Assembly (NCBI GenBank): GCA_951406725.2
Contig: OX597841.1
Span: forward strand, 930,001 to 994,000
Reading direction: 5' to 3'
Length of the DNA: 64,000 nt
Origin: Octopus vulgaris
Lineage: Eukaryota
The notes under the pieces are model-generated. The model was not told where the DNA came from. It saw only the letters and a program-made list of their open reading frames with translations, and did not search any database. A program made the translations under genes and the position numbers. Position 1 is the first letter of the stretch, and the number at the start of each line of letters is the position of its first letter. This document shows, one piece after another, positions 30,882 through 44,919 of this stretch.

Positions 30882-31000
<119 letters not shown>

Positions 31001-31429
31001 GTGTGTGTGTGTTCTTGGAAGGCCGTTTTCTTCATTTGGTATTGCAATCTATTACACCTATCGAACTGGACATCATTGTATGATTCCAAATATCCCTTCC
31101 TATCCATCTAGTGTAAGGACATAGCGCTGTAGGATTTCAAAGGCCTACATCCTTTCAACACTCTACCGAAGCATTTCAGGGATCTGCAAGGTATATTTGT
31201 GAAATTTTGATCTGATGTACCAGATGAACCCACATGACAGCAGTGATCACAAAGATGAGCAACTCCGTCTAACTCGTCACTTCACCAGACACAATGCCGG
31301 AGATGAAAGCTTGGAATTTAGTGTAAAATAAAAGCACATCACACGAAGGGTGGTACCCCTAGCATAGCTGGGACCTGTAAGAGTAAATATAAAATCTTCA
31401 TGGTCTTCTCCTTCACATTTTACTGGTTT

Positions 31430-32600
31430 CAGTCTTCAGACAGCCGCTCACTGCATTGTGTGATATGTTATTGAAGGCAGAAATTTTCGCGCAATTTTGT
31501 AATTTAGTAACACAAAAGATGTGTGTGAATATCTATTTCATTTTTCGCCATATTCTTCTTGACTTTCCATGTGCTTCTTCCAGTGGCCCACAATTTTGCT
31601 GACTCCATGGTCTCAACAGTGTGGCTGGCCGAATGTTGAGCGTGCATTATCGTGCAACAATAATTCATACTTTAACAAAATACCCTAACGTTTGGTGCGA
31701 ATTGCTGGCTTCAGTTTGTTGGCTAGCATTTCAAGGTAGCCTACACTAGTGACAATAGACCCCTTTTCCAGGCAATATTCAAGTATAGGCCCGTTTGCAT
31801 CCCCAAATACGGTTAGCATAACTTTTTTTGTAGAAGGTTGAGTCTTCAATTACTTTTTCGCTATCGATTCCGGATGATTCCATTCTGTCTTTTCAATTCT
31901 GGCTCAAAGTGATGGACGCAGGTCTCATCTCTTGTGACTGTTATCTCCATAAAAGCTTTGCTTTAATCCTTGTAGCTGTCAAATACGCTCTGACGGTTCT
32001 CCACACGATTTACCTTATGCGCTTCCACAATCTTTATAGGCGCCCATTACACACAGATTTTACAGAAGTTAAGCTTTTTTCGTGGATGATTTCGTACGCT
32101 GAGCCACGGTTAATTTGCAGAAACTATGCCACTCAATCGACAGTCAATCGTCCGTTTGCCATAGCTTCGAACTTGTTAAATCTTCTCGTAATGACAGACG
32201 TTGATGAACCTCTTGCTCCGTTCTCATACTTCGCGCTTGTTCGGCCATTTTAAAACTTCTTGATCCACTTCAAGCTTGTTCAGAGATTTAAAGCTTCCTG
32301 TTTCACTGAAACACACTTCTACACAGTAGAGCTCCGTTCCAGTATAGTACTGAAAGCCTGCGATGAATTTAAGCCTCTGACACATTCAGACCAGAGAAAT
32401 CGGATCACTAACTGCTGTTCTTCCTTGACGCACACTGTCAGTAGAGCGGCCATGTTTACTTTGTGACACAAGAAAGAAAAGTGGAGCGATCAAGGTGAAA
32501 CGTCGGTCAGGTAATCGCAAGAATACCACTCTTTAACGTGTGACCGTTGAAGGATGGTGAGACCAACCTTAAGAATGTTTTGACCAAACGACGGCTATTT
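31430..32600 (-). mobile_element. Degenerate mariner-like transposon
   Basis: From ATG 32453: MAALLTVCVKEEQQLVIRFLWSECVRG, resembling a mariner transposase N-terminus; many stops and frameshifts downstream. Boundaries approximate. Confidence 0.7.
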
Positions 32601-32980
32601 TTTCACTTCCCCTTCTACAATTAGTATGAGTGTTCTGGTCTCCTTGATTTGCTAAACAGTTTTTTTTTCCCCACAACACAGACAGAATCTCAGATATCTA
32701 CACACACGCATTCAAGCACGCACACAGACAAACAAACAAACAAACACACACACACACACACACACGAAATGGAACAACAACAACAACAACAACAACAACA
32801 GCTCTGTCTCTGAAAACAGAGAAAGAGAATCACAACTTCAAAGACCGATGATGGATACAATATTTATATGGATTCTTTATTAAAAGGTAAAACGTGACTT
32901 ATGTTGATCACCAGTGGTGGTCAGCTGGATTGGATGGACGTTAACAACATCAATAGTATCAATGGATATCATGTGCTGGG

Positions 32981-33036
32981 TTAGTTCTGCTGCCTCAGGC
33001 GGATGAATATGGCCATGGAGTCTGCTAATCCATAAC
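32981..33036 (-). CDS. Paralog C exon 5 (terminal)
   Basis: acttgcag|GT TAT GGA TTA GCA GAC TCC ATG...AAC TAA; GYGLADSMAIFIRLRQQN*. AATAAA about 100 nt downstream. Joined CDS is 891 nt (296 aa). Confidence 0.87.
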
Positions 33037-33260
33037 CTGCAAGTAACAATAACAATATCAACAACTAAAATACATTCAAATATATCGTGGGAAGTCTTTA
33101 CACGTGGTCACTCGAATTACTAGAAATAGCAGTCGATTTTCGGTCAGAACACTTTTATTCATAAATCAGCTCAATCAAGCCTGATTGGTTGCTGAACAAT
33201 AAGTACAAAAAAAAACTTCTACTATTACTACTCACAGTAAGACACACACACACTCACAAA

Positions 33261-33291
<31 letters not shown>

Positions 33292-33299
33292 AAACTCAC

Positions 33300-33330
<31 letters not shown>

Positions 33331-33496
33331 TACATGTACGCACGCACGCACGCACGCACACACAAACACACAAACATACATGTATGCACGCACACACACA
33401 AACGCACAAACATACATGTACGCACGCACGCACACACACACACATACACAAACACACACACACACACACACACACAAAAGAGAAAACATCACTTAC

Positions 33497-33657
33497 CGTC
33501 GTTCCATACGACTTTCATTTTTGTGTCAGAATAACGGATTGAAGGAGAATGATCTTTGTAACCAAACCGACATGATGGCGGAACCTCATCGATAGCCAGC
33601 CAGCCGCTTGCTTTTGTACATTTGAGGTTTTTAATTATATAGAAACTACGTTTTCCT
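33497..33657 (-). CDS. Paralog C exon 4
   Basis: ttcacag|A GGA AAA CGT...AAC GAC G|gtaagt, 161 nt: GKRSFYIIKNLKCTKASGWLAIDEVPPSCRFGYKDHSPSIRYSDTKMKVVWND. Confidence 0.88.
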
Positions 33658-33831
33658 CTGTGAAGTTAACAAAAGTTGGTTGGGTTTCAGAAACGAAAAT
33701 CTAAACATTTATGAAATATATATCAATATGTCCGCTTTACACAATTAAATCGGTCAGTGTTCAAAATAGCCTTCAGTGTATCATACTTAATGTATATTCA
33801 CATTGTTGATAGACTAATTATTATAGTAAAC

Positions 33832-34060
33832 AAATAAATGCGCCCTTTTTAAAGCCTAACCAAGCTCATGGGCCCGGTTTCCCGAGTTCAATGGTGTATG
33901 TTCCCCAGCTGGACGGGACGCCAGTCCATCGCAGCGTGGACTGGAGCAAAGTGAAATGAAGTGTTTTGCTCAAGAACACAACGCGTCGCCCGGTCCAGGA
34001 ATCGAAACCACAATCTTACGATCATGGTGCTGACACCCTAACCACTAAGCCATACGCCTC
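33832..34060 (-). mobile_element. SINE family 3 variant
   Basis: Head gaggcgtatggcttagtgg...ggtttcgattcc and V-like gactggcgtcccgtccag. Confidence 0.78.
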
Positions 34061-34589
34061 AAATTATTATAGTATTTTTCCTTAAATAATATCTCCTATG
34101 GATTTGCTGTGTTACGAACAAAATAAATACCGAAGAGACACGAAATTTCGTCCCATCAACGGCCAGTGAGAGCAAGAGGTGTTATCTCGGGACAAATATT
34201 GCAGTAACTGTCCTGTCGTGAATATGTATACGTTTTGCAGGGTGCGGTAGAAATACCTCCCACATTTTGAACTTTCACCTATGTGTTGCTAATAAACTGA
34301 TGCAAATGCCAATGATTTTTTCATTTAGCTAATGAACAAAAACTGTAACCCTTTGTTTAAACAACAGTAAAATTAATTTTTCATAAATGTTGTTTCTTTT
34401 TCCTTTTGTCAACCTTTCAAATGTGGGACGTATTTCTGCCGCACTCTCTATATGATACATAGCTGTCTATAGCAGTCTGTATTAAAATATTTCTGCCGCA
34501 CTCTGTATAACGTACACATATTCACATCAGCCATCTATAGATTCTCTTACCAACGAGATCTATCTTACATACACTCACACACACATACA

Positions 34590-34652
<63 letters not shown>

Positions 34653-34948
34653 ATACACTCACAAACATAGATATACATACACACGCACACTCATACGCAC
34701 ACACACACATGCACACACACAAATTCACAAGCGCGTAGAAATACGCCAATGTAAATTCGCCAACAAATTCGAAACTACACACGAGTCGTACACCTGAGAA
34801 AAAATTTCCACAAAGGGCCACAAACACATAAGGGATGATATTTTCCCACGGTAAACATCTTACCAAGGCGCCAAGTAAACATGGAATAAATTCTGCTCAG
34901 GAGAAATAATATAATGGAATATAATTATATTCAAAACGAACAGACACA

Positions 34949-35358
34949 GGCGCAGGAGTGGATGTGTGGTAAGTAGCTTGCTAACCAACCACATGGTTCC
35001 GGGTTCAGTCCCACTGCGTGGCATCTTGGGCAAGTGCCTTCTGCTATAGCCCCGGGCCGACCAATGCCTTGTGAGTGGATTTGGTAGACGGAAACTGAAA
35101 AAGCCTGTCGTATATATGTATATATATATATATATATATGTGTGTGTTTGTGTGTCTGTGTTTGTCCCCCTAGCATTGCTTGACGACCGATGCTGGTGTG
35201 TTTACGTCCCCGTTCACTTAGCGGTTCAGCAAAAGAGACCGATAGAATAAGTACTGGGCTTACAAAGAATAAGTCCCGGGGTCGATTTGCTCGACTAAAA
35301 GGCGGTCCTCCAGCATGGCCGCAGTCAAATGACTGAAACAAGTAAAGGAGTAAAGGAG
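34949..35358 (+). mobile_element. SINE family 1, full length
   Basis: Same as other family 1 copies. Confidence 0.85.
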
Positions 35359-36053
35359 ACACAAGTCAATATTGTAAGGTGAATGAATATTTTCGTGTTT
35401 ATCACTTTAAAACGTGAAAGCCAGAAAACTGCTCTACTCCTCCCGGAAAGTATTTCATTTAGATGTGTAAGAATTAGCACTTCCTTCTCAAAGCTTGGAT
35501 TCGAAATCAGACCCAAGAATCATTGGTCGTAAAATACCAATGCACAAAAAGGCGCGAAATCAGAATCTCTTTGTTCTGACAAAAAATGATGGATCGTCTC
35601 CCTTCGACCTCTGACCCGAGCAGGTCAGGCGAAGTTTAACAGGACGACCAGCGACCTACTTTAATGATAACTCTCTTGCGGTATATCTATTTTTCTGGCT
35701 ATTTGAGATGTTATAAATAGAACGGAGAAATAGGTATCTAGAGAGAACCCGAATCAACGTTTAAGGGAACGCCACGCATTTATGAGGACGACGAAAGAAT
35801 ATTCAGAAAGGTGACTCTGTCATGCATGATTTACACACACGCACACACACACACACCATCAAACATATTCTGCTTTAATGTGTATCCTGTATTATGCATT
35901 CCTTTAATATGTATTATTTGCAACCACTATTTAATATGCATTTTGTACAAGCGATGTGTAGCATTGCTTACAAATTGATGTAGTGATAATAAATCTTTAA
36001 TTTATTACAAAGCACTTATGTATTTATTAATACATCCACGCATCCACTACATT

Positions 36054-36064
36054 TGGTGACCCCG
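36054..36064 (+). promoter_or_regulatory. Primer binding site complementary to the 3' end of tRNA-Trp
   Basis: TGGTGACCCCG, 2 nt after the 5' LTR; eukaryotic tRNA-Trp ends ...CGGGGUCACCA. Confidence 0.82.
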
Positions 36065-36169
36065 CAAAACGAATCGCGCCTTCCCCGGAACCAGCTTCAT
36101 CAACCGCGTCGAAGAATTACAGTTTGCACATCACCAGCAACGAAGCAACTGAAAATTCCGACGAAAACA

Positions 36170-37044
36170 ATGAATCTCCCGGAACAAAACCCAGCGGCTA
36201 ACATCGACATGGCATTCCAAGCGGCGATCTCGTTAAAAATTCCACCATTCTGGACCCACGACCCGACATTGTGGTTTCACCATATAGAGGCACAGTTTGC
36301 CTCTCACAGAATATCGAGCGATGCGGCTCGACTTTCTCACGTTATCAGTTCTCTGTCACCAGAAATAACGAACGTGATACGCGACCTTATCATGGCACCA
36401 CCCGGTTCTGTTTCATATGAAGTTTTTAAAACCACGTTAATAAACAGAACCTCAGAATCCCAACAAAAAAGACTTCACCAGCTTCTGATATCGGAAGAAT
36501 TGGGTGACAAAACGCCGTCCCAGCTTCTTCGGAGAATGAAACAGCTTCTCGGAGATGAGACGCTCCCAGAAAAAATCTTCAAGCAACTTTTTCTCCAGCG
36601 TCTGCCCTCCAATACCCAGGTTGTTCTCGCGTCCACCAGAGAAAACACATCCCTTGAAGAACTGGCGGAGCTAGCTGACAAAATAGCCGAAGTACCGCAC
36701 AGATATCCAACGGTATCGACGGTGAACCAGCCGCTCCCAGTACCAATCCTTTCCGTGCACAAACCAGTTCTTCAGAGATTTCGGATTTGCGTGCATTAAT
36801 GACGCAGCAAGCTGCGCAAATACAAATTCTCACAGCCCAAATACAAGCCCTAAAGTTTAGTCCCCAGCGTCGAAGCACCAGCCGATCTCGACGAGATGGC
36901 AGACGGTCCCGAAGCCCTAGTGCTACCCGGAGCTCACATGACACGTGTTGGTACCACCGAACATTCGGAACACGGGCACAAAAATGTACGGTACCGTGCT
37001 CGTTTTCCTCACCCAGTTCGGGAAACGGCACAGCCAGGAATTGA
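36170..37044 (+). CDS. gag: Gypsy Gag (one frameshift near 36725)
   Basis: KIPPFWTHDPTLWFHHIEAQF...LGDKTPSQLLRRM; the C-terminal CWYHRTFG...CTVPC knuckle lies in another frame. Confidence 0.85.
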
Positions 37045-40000
37045 ACGCGACAGAAGTTCCTGGTTCGCACCCACACAGTCGCCTGTTTTTCGTTTGCGAT
37101 CGTGTAACAGGCACGCGTTTCCTGGTTGACACAGGTGCGGAAGTCAGCATCATCCCAGTCTCCAACACTTCTGGAAAAAGAAAAGAGACATCAGTCTGTC
37201 TTCAGGCAGTCAACCATTCACCCATTCCAACCTACGGTGAACAGTCCCTAACATTAAACATAGGACTACGCCGCACATTTCAGTGGGTATTCGTCGTCGC
37301 TAAACTGCCGACCCCTCATCTTAGGAGCCGATTTCCTGCATCATTTCGGTCTCCTGGTAGACATAAAGAACAGACGACTTGTCGACACCACCACCAAGCT
37401 TACTGTGCGCGGTATAGCCGCTCGAATGGACACAGTCAGCCCAACTGTAATGCTTACGACAACGACTCGTCACAGTTCCATCCTGAATGATTATCCAGAT
37501 GTCGCCCGGCCAGTTTTTCATAACCAGCCGATAAAGCACGACGTTACCCACCACATCAAAACCAGCGGTCCACCTGTTGCTGCAAGGCCCAGAAGGTTAC
37601 CACCTGATCGTCTCCAGGCCGTCAAGCGGGAATTCCAGCATATGCTCGACCTCGGAATCATCCGCGTTTCCAGCAGCAACTGGTCCTCGCCGATACACTG
37701 CGTCCCAAAAAAATCATCGACCGATTGGCGGGTTTGCGGCGATTATCGATCACTGAATAAAAGCACTATCAGTGATGCCTATCCGGTGCCTTTTCTTCAG
37801 GACTTTTCGAGCTCGCTGCATGGAGCTCGCATCTTTTCAAAAATCGACCTGGTGCGAGCATACAACCAAATCCCAGTCGAACCTGCAGACATCTCAAAGA
37901 CAGCAGTGACTACACCTTTCGGAATGTTTGAATTCCTGCGTATGCCTTTCGGTTTACGAAACGCGGCACAGACATTCCAAAGGTTTATCGACATGGTGAC
38001 TAGAGGTTTGCCTTTCGTCTATGCCTACATAGACGACATACTCGTGGCCAGTAACTCGGACGAAGAGCATAATCAACACCTTCACCTGCTATTCGAACGT
38101 TTACGTCAATTTGGAATTGTTATCAACCCTACCAAATGTTTGTTCGGAGTTGCTTCCCTTCATTTTCTCGGCCATATAGTCGATAAAAATGGAATTCGTC
38201 CCCTTCCCGAGAAAGTCAAGGCCATCGTGGATTTTCCACCACCCACATCTCTCCGCAAATTAAGGGAATATCTCGGTCTAGCGAATTTCTATCGACGGTT
38301 CGTGCCCCACCTCGCTGAAATAGCGCAACCGCTCACGGATTTGCTACGTCAGCGAACCTGCAAAAACGCAGATATAGCTCTGACCGAAGATCAACTCGTT
38401 TCTTTCGCTGCCCTGAAAAAAGCGTTATCTAGCGCTACCATCTTGGTTTATCCAAAACCAGACGCCCCACGATGTTTACTCGTTGATGCATCCGATTCCG
38501 GAATCGGAGCTGTGCTACAACAGCTTGTTGACGGTATATGGCAACCGTTGTCTTTCTTTTCTAAGCGGTTAAAACCCGCGGAAACCAAATACAGCACATT
38601 CAGTCGGGAATTATTGGCGGCATACCTGGCCGTTAAGCATTTCCGTCATATGCTAGAAGGTACCAATTTTGCCATATATACCGACCACAAGCCATTAGTA
38701 TACGCATTTAACACCAAACCGGATCGCCATTCGCCGAGAGAAATTCGTCACCTCGACTTCATTTCGCAGTACACGACGGATATACGCCACATCAAAGGGA
38801 CGACCAACGTGGCAGCCGATGCACTTTCACGTGCGCAGATCAATGCTATCCACACCACGTCTACAATTGATCTGGCACGTATAGCAGCTGACCAGGAGAA
38901 TGACGAAGAACTTCTAAAGCTCCGGAATTCGTCATCTCTGAAATTTCAGCATGTTCCACTACCATCATCCACAGCCCATATTTGGTGTGATATTTCCACT
39001 GGTAACCAACGCCCTTATGTACCACAGAAATATCGTCGAGAAGTTTTCTCCGCTCTACATTCTCTGTCACATCCTGGTATTCGCTCCACTCAAAAGCTAA
39101 TATCGACCCGTTTTGTGTGGACCAGTATCAACAAGGATATCAGAGAATGGACCAAGTGCTGCGTTGCGTGCCAAAAAGCGAAAATCCACCGGCACATAAA
39201 ATCACCAATCGGTTCATTTTCGCAGCCCGACGCACGATTTCAGCACGTGCACATTGATATCGTTGGACCCCTGCCACCTTCGCAGAACTATTCATATTTG
39301 CTAACTTGCGTAGATAGGTTCTCGCGATGGCCCGAAGCCTGGCCCTTATCTGATATATCAGCAGAAACGGTCGCTAAAACGCTGATATCACAATGGGTTT
39401 CGCGTTTTGGCACACCCGCAACAATTACCACCGACAGAGGACGTCAGTTCGATTCCCACCTTTTCACCGAGCTGACTCGTCTCCTCGGGTGTAAACACAC
39501 CCGCACTACAGCTTACCACCCTGCAGCAAATGGCATGGTGGAACGCTTTCACCGCCAACTCAAGGCATCTATAAAAGCAGCTCCAGACAGTTCTCACTGG
39601 TTGGAACATCTCCCTCTCATCCTCCTTGGAATTCGATCCACGATTAAGGAAGAACTGGGATATACTCCGGCCGAACTCGTTTATGGCACAACACTCACCT
39701 TACCTGGGCAGATGATCGAACCTGTTTCACAAAACTTCCCTGACCCACAACAATATGTGCACCGATTACGAACATCCATGTCGCAAGTATCACCCTCAGG
39801 CCCCAGACAACAGAACGTCGTTTCACGTGTCCCAAAAGATATCAACACATGGACTCATGTCTTCGTGAGGAATGATGGGATACCCTCTCAACTTCGACCA
39901 CCATATTCCGGGCCCTACAAGGTCATCAAAAGAGAACCCAAGTATTTCGTCCTCGATATTGGAGGTAAACGAAATACGGTCTCGATTGATCGTTTAAAAA

Positions 40001-40155
40001 AGCTTTCATCGAGGAGGACTTACATTCAGTCCCCTCTTTTCCTCAAACAGACTCGGCAACTCCAGCGAACACCACAGATTCTGCACAACCCCGACACACC
40101 AAATCAGGAAGAACAGTTCGATGGCCAGCAAGGTTTGTGCAAGTTTTTCGGGTAA
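37020..40155 (+). CDS. pol: Gypsy Pol (protease, RT, RNase H, integrase) with frameshifts near 37315 and 40000
   Basis: [10 protein letters not shown]; [30 protein letters not shown]; VDAS...ELLA...TDHKPL; HxxxHPG...CxxC; [30 protein letters not shown]. Confidence 0.95.
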
Positions 40156-40747
40156 GTTCTGAACTCCTAACGTATCCATCTTCCTAATGAACACATAACT
40201 GCATCACCCACCCAGAGAAATCAAAGAACATTTGTGTACGTAAAGAAAAAAAAAAAAATGAAAACAAAAACTGTCTGTATGAACTTTTACGGAACATTTC
40301 AAAATCGAACTTTGCCGATGAACATTTCTTTCATTTTTGCATGTACATATTTTTTGGTTTTCTCTTCAAAATGTTTGCTTTCTCATAAATATATTTTTTT
40401 GCTAACTGTATATCCACACACATTTACAAATCTTGTTCTCATGCGTGCTATCACTCGATTTGTTTTCGCCACTGAAAGACACCTTGCCTCTATTAGACCT
40501 AGTAGGTCGAGTAATCAATAGACGCACATCTCTTTCAACGCGCCAACATAATTCTGCCTGGGCACATATACATATTGCCCACCATATAGCACACACAAAT
40601 TGTAAACCTTTCATGCATATTTTTATCGTTCAATGTGTAAAAACATTTTTTTTTGTACATGCACACAATAAAAAAAAAAAATAATAATAATAAAATAATA
40701 ATAATAATACATTTCCAATATCGTTCGATCTCTGTGGCTTTCTCACT

Positions 40748-40760
40748 AGAAGGGGGGTAG
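40748..40760 (+). promoter_or_regulatory. Polypurine tract
   Basis: agaaggggggtag directly before the 3' LTR. Confidence 0.9.
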
Positions 40761-41790
40761 TGTAAGAATTAGCACTTCCTTCTCAAAGCTTGGATTCGAA
40801 ATCAGACCCAAGAATCATTGGTCGTAAAATACCAATGCACAAAAAGGCGCGAAATCAGAATCTCTTTGTTCTGACAAAAAATGATGGATCGTCTCCCTTC
40901 GACCTCTGACCCGAGCAGGTCAGACGAAGTTTAACAGGACGACCAGCGACCTACTGTACGCAATAACACTCTTGCGGTATATCTATTTTTCTGGCTATTT
41001 GAGATGTTATAAATAGAACGGAGAAATAGGTATCTAGAGAGAACCCGAATCAACGTTTAAGAGAACGACACGCATTTATGAGGACGACGAAAGAATAATC
41101 AGAAAGGTGACTCTGTCATGCATGATTTACACACACACACACACACACACACACCATCAAACATATTCTGCTTTAATGTGTATCCTGTATTATGCATTCC
41201 TTTAATATGTATTATTTGCAACCACTATTTAATATGCATTTTGTACAAGCGATGTGTAGCATTGCTTACAAATTGATGTAGTGATAATAAATCTTTAATT
41301 TATTACAAAGCACTTATGTATTTATTAATACATCCACGCATCCACTACAGATGTATAGTGTTAAAAATACAGAACTGTACGAATAATAGAGAAACAGCCA
41401 CTAGCAATGGCGGCGAAATTGCTAAATCCGTATTTCTTATGTGTTCAAAAACACCAGTAGTAAGTAGTCGTTGGCATCCGCAGTTCAAGACAAATTTCGC
41501 CTCTTTTGATATAGAGAAATAGTGATAAGCGAATCAGCGGTGCTGTAGTTAGCCAGAAGTCTGGATATATTTCATCTTTACAGACGGCAGCAGAACTAGT
41601 TCAAATTTGCATTCTGTATATCATAACAAATGAAGATATACTGTTGAAAGCCTGGGCCTACGTTGTTTGTCTCCAGAAACTATCACGTTTAAACGTATAG
41701 GTTAAACTACATATCTGTAGCCTACGAAAAGTGTTTCTTAATATTATATTTCTTTACATAACGAAACGAAAGAAAATAAGAAAAAAGATA

Positions 41791-41961
41791 GGCGCAGGAG
41801 TGGCTGTGTGGTAAGTAGCTTGCTAACCAACCACATGGTTCCGGGTTCAGTCCCATTGCGTGGCATCTTGGGCAAGTGTCTTCTGCTGTAGCTCCGGGCC
41901 GACCAATGCCTTGTGAGTGGATTTGGTAAACAAAAACTGAAAGAAGCCTGTCGTATATATG

Positions 41962-42027
<66 letters not shown>

Positions 42028-42233
42028 ATGTGTTTGTCCCCCTAGCATTGCTTGACAACTGATGCTGGTGTGTTTACGTCCCCGTTAATTAGCGGTTCGG
42101 CAAAAGGAGACCGATAGAATAAGTACTGGGCTTACAAAGAATAAGTCCCGGGGTCGATTTGCTCGACTAAAGGCGGTGCTCCAGCATGGCCGCAGTCAAA
42201 CGTCTGAAACAAGTAAAAGAGTAAAAGAGTAAA
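41791..42233 (+). mobile_element. SINE family 1 inserted a few nt inside intron 3 of C
   Basis: Paralog A (7068-7100, gtatgtttacatatcttttttc) shows the empty site. Confidence 0.87.
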
Positions 42234-42238
42234 CATAC

Positions 42239-42402
42239 TTAGTTATTTCCATTGAGAAAAGCAATTTTGTGGCAGAAGCTAGATCGTCCCATGGTGAACT
42301 TTTCAAATTTTCCTGAGAGAACCAGGTTTTAAGGGTTGTATTTATTCCATCAAATATCATAGTTACCACATCTGTTTGGTTTTCGTAGAGCACCAGTTTC
42401 AC
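42239..42402 (-). CDS. Paralog C exon 3
   Basis: ttttgcag|GTG AAA CTG...ACT AA|gtatgt, 164 nt. Confidence 0.9.
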
Positions 42403-42649
42403 CTGCAAAAGAAATGAACATTTACAACATACATTTACACACACTCATGATGAAAAATAAGTGGATGAATTTAGATAGATCGAGATATTTTAACATATAT
42501 TTCATTGGCTGTTAGACTAATATCCATTCTCATTTTTCTTCATCATTCCTTTGACTGCAACAAATTTGCTTAACACACGAAATTAATGACTTTTATTCGT
42601 CATTGGCCTAACCGCTGTCTGGCCGTCTCTAAATGAATCAAATAATATA

Positions 42650-43031
42650 TCTCTCTCTATATAAACGGCAGTTTGTCTGTGCGTGTTTCTGTGTGTCTGT
42701 TTGCTTGTACCCTCACCCTGACCACGGATTTCAACCGATTCTGATGAAACTTGACACACACATAGCCCAATGTCATAATTCAAAACTAACGCAGCGAAAA
42801 TTTTGAAAAGTTCCCCCAGTTCTGAAAAAATCGATAAATTCGACATGGGGTCGAGAATCAGAAACACGAACCACAAACTGTCTAGGGGACGCAACTCCAC
42901 CTTTTTTAACTAAAAAAAAAATTTACCATAATTTTTTTCCATTTTTTTGCTATTTTTTGGCTATAACTCTCTAAAAATGCTTTATAGTTATTTCCCTTAC
43001 AAACCTGAGCAACGCCGGGCGATACTGCTAG
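42650..43031 (+). mobile_element. Non-autonomous Helitron
   Basis: A|TC...CTAG|T termini, GC-rich subterminal hairpin cgccgggcg shortly before CTAG, no TSD. Confidence 0.78.
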
Positions 43032-43612
43032 TATACATATATATGCACGTATGCATCATGACTAGTTCAAAATGCCCGTCGTTCAATTCCATGCGCAATA
43101 TGGTTAAAACATCTCCGCAGTAAATACAGTGACGATATAGATTTAAATTTTGAACTAGCCATGATACATGGCTGCTCCTGATCTGGGCTCTGACAGGTTC
43201 CTGGTTCGTCTGTTCCCATAAAGTTTTGTTTGTTACTCAATCTTGCCATCTCACAAGAAGAATGACAAAGTAATTCTGCTTTGAATCCAAGTACCACCGA
43301 GGTCCACATGCTTTACTTTCTGCTGAGCTCAATAAAACTTTTACCAGTCATGTATCGTAAGCTGATTTCATCGATTTTGTTTCCCATTTACTCATCAAAC
43401 CCCAAAAGGAGATTCTTTTGTCTGTGATAATCTTTTCTTATTACTGCGGTTTGCCGCAGATAGAATTCTATTCAACACTGTTTCGCCTTCCTCAAATATA
43501 ATTTTTATAGGTCAAAAATGTAACAAACAATTGAATTGATCTAAATATCTGTTAATCATTATTACTATTATTATATGTATATTAGTGTATGTGTATGCAT
43601 ATAGCTACGTAC

Positions 43613-43791
43613 CTCATCAATTGGAAGATATTCCCAGAAATCAAGGATGGGATGTCGGAAGAAGTTGGGACAGAAGGTACCATTGCATTTGTCCACATTC
43701 CAGGTTGAAGTATTTCCTATATTCATGAATGAATTATAAACTTTCGAACCAGCTCTCATTGATAGGGCATATGTTTTAATCCATTGGCTGT
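43613..43791 (-). CDS. Paralog C exon 2
   Basis: ttatttcag|AC AGC CAA TGG...GAT GAG|gtacgt, 179 nt. Confidence 0.9.
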
Positions 43792-43819
43792 CTGAAATAA
43801 GTATAATGGAAGTAGCAGC

Positions 43820-43854
<35 letters not shown>

Positions 43855-44229
43855 CAGTAGTAATATTGGTTTCAAAGCTGAATACCTAAAACATAATTTC
43901 GGCCATGAACTTACGCGCAGCCGCAGTAGTTCGGTATGGCGCTGGGATCCTTCACTGAACAGAGGAGGAGAGATAAGAGTTGGACAGGAAGACAAGGAAG
44001 CGTCTAATGATGCATGGAGGCCATCATCCACATGAATATAATGGAAATTAGAACAGAGTGCTTAGTAGAACTCCTTGACACGACCAGAATAATCAGGAAA
44101 GTATTAGTTGAAAAGGACTGATAACATGGTAGCGTAGGCAACAGGTAGCCTGCTCGCTACGCATGCAAGACTCCAGGGATTCCAACAAAACCTGTGATAA
44201 AAAGAAATAATAAGGATGACTTCAAATTT

Positions 44230-44900
44230 TGTCCCAATGGCAGGAATTTGGGGGAAAGGGATGAGTCGTTTACATCGGCCCCAGTGCGTAACTGGTACTT
44301 ATTTAATCGACCCCGAAAGGATGAAAGGTAAAGTCCACCTCGACGCAATTTGAACTCAGAACGTAGCGACGAGCGAAATACCTATTTCCTAGTTCTTTAC
44401 TTCCCACAAGGGGTTAAACACAGACAGGACAAACAAGGACAGACAAACGGATTAAGTCGAATATATCGACCCCAGTGCGTAACTTGTAATTATTTAATCG
44501 ACCCCGAAAGGATGAAAGGCAAAGTCGACCGCAGCGGAATTTGAACTCAGAACAGGTGGCAGACGAAATACCGCTAAGCATTTCGCCCGGCGTGCTAACG
44601 TTTCTGCCAGCTCGCCTCCCTTAAAAGGATGAAAGGCAAAGTCGACCTCGGCGGAATTTGAATTCAGAACGTAGCGGCAGACAAAATACCTGTTTCTTTA
44701 TTACCCACAATGGGCTAAACATAGAGGGGACAAACAAGGACAGAAAAACGGATTAAGTCGATTACATCAACCCCAGTGCGTAACTAGTACTTAATTTATC
44801 GACCCCGAAAGGATGAAAGGCAAAGTCGACCTCGGTGGAATTTGAACTCAGAACGTAACGGCAGACAAAATACCGCTAAGCATTTCGCCCGGCGTCTAAC
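44230..44900 (-). mobile_element. Cluster of SINE family 2 units
   Basis: Repeated gaccccgaaaggatgaaaggcaaagtcgacc...gaatttgaactcag modules. Confidence 0.82.
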
Positions 44901-44919
44901 AATCCTGTCTCCAATTTTG

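Larger units (their letters stand above)
35466..41349 (+). mobile_element. Full-length Ty3/Gypsy LTR retrotransposon in intron 3 of paralog C (antisense to the gene)
   Basis: LTRs 35466-36051 and 40761-41349 (TG...CA), 4-bp TSD GATG (35462-35465 and 41350-41353), PBS, PPT, domain order gag-PR-RT-RH-IN. Confidence 0.97.
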
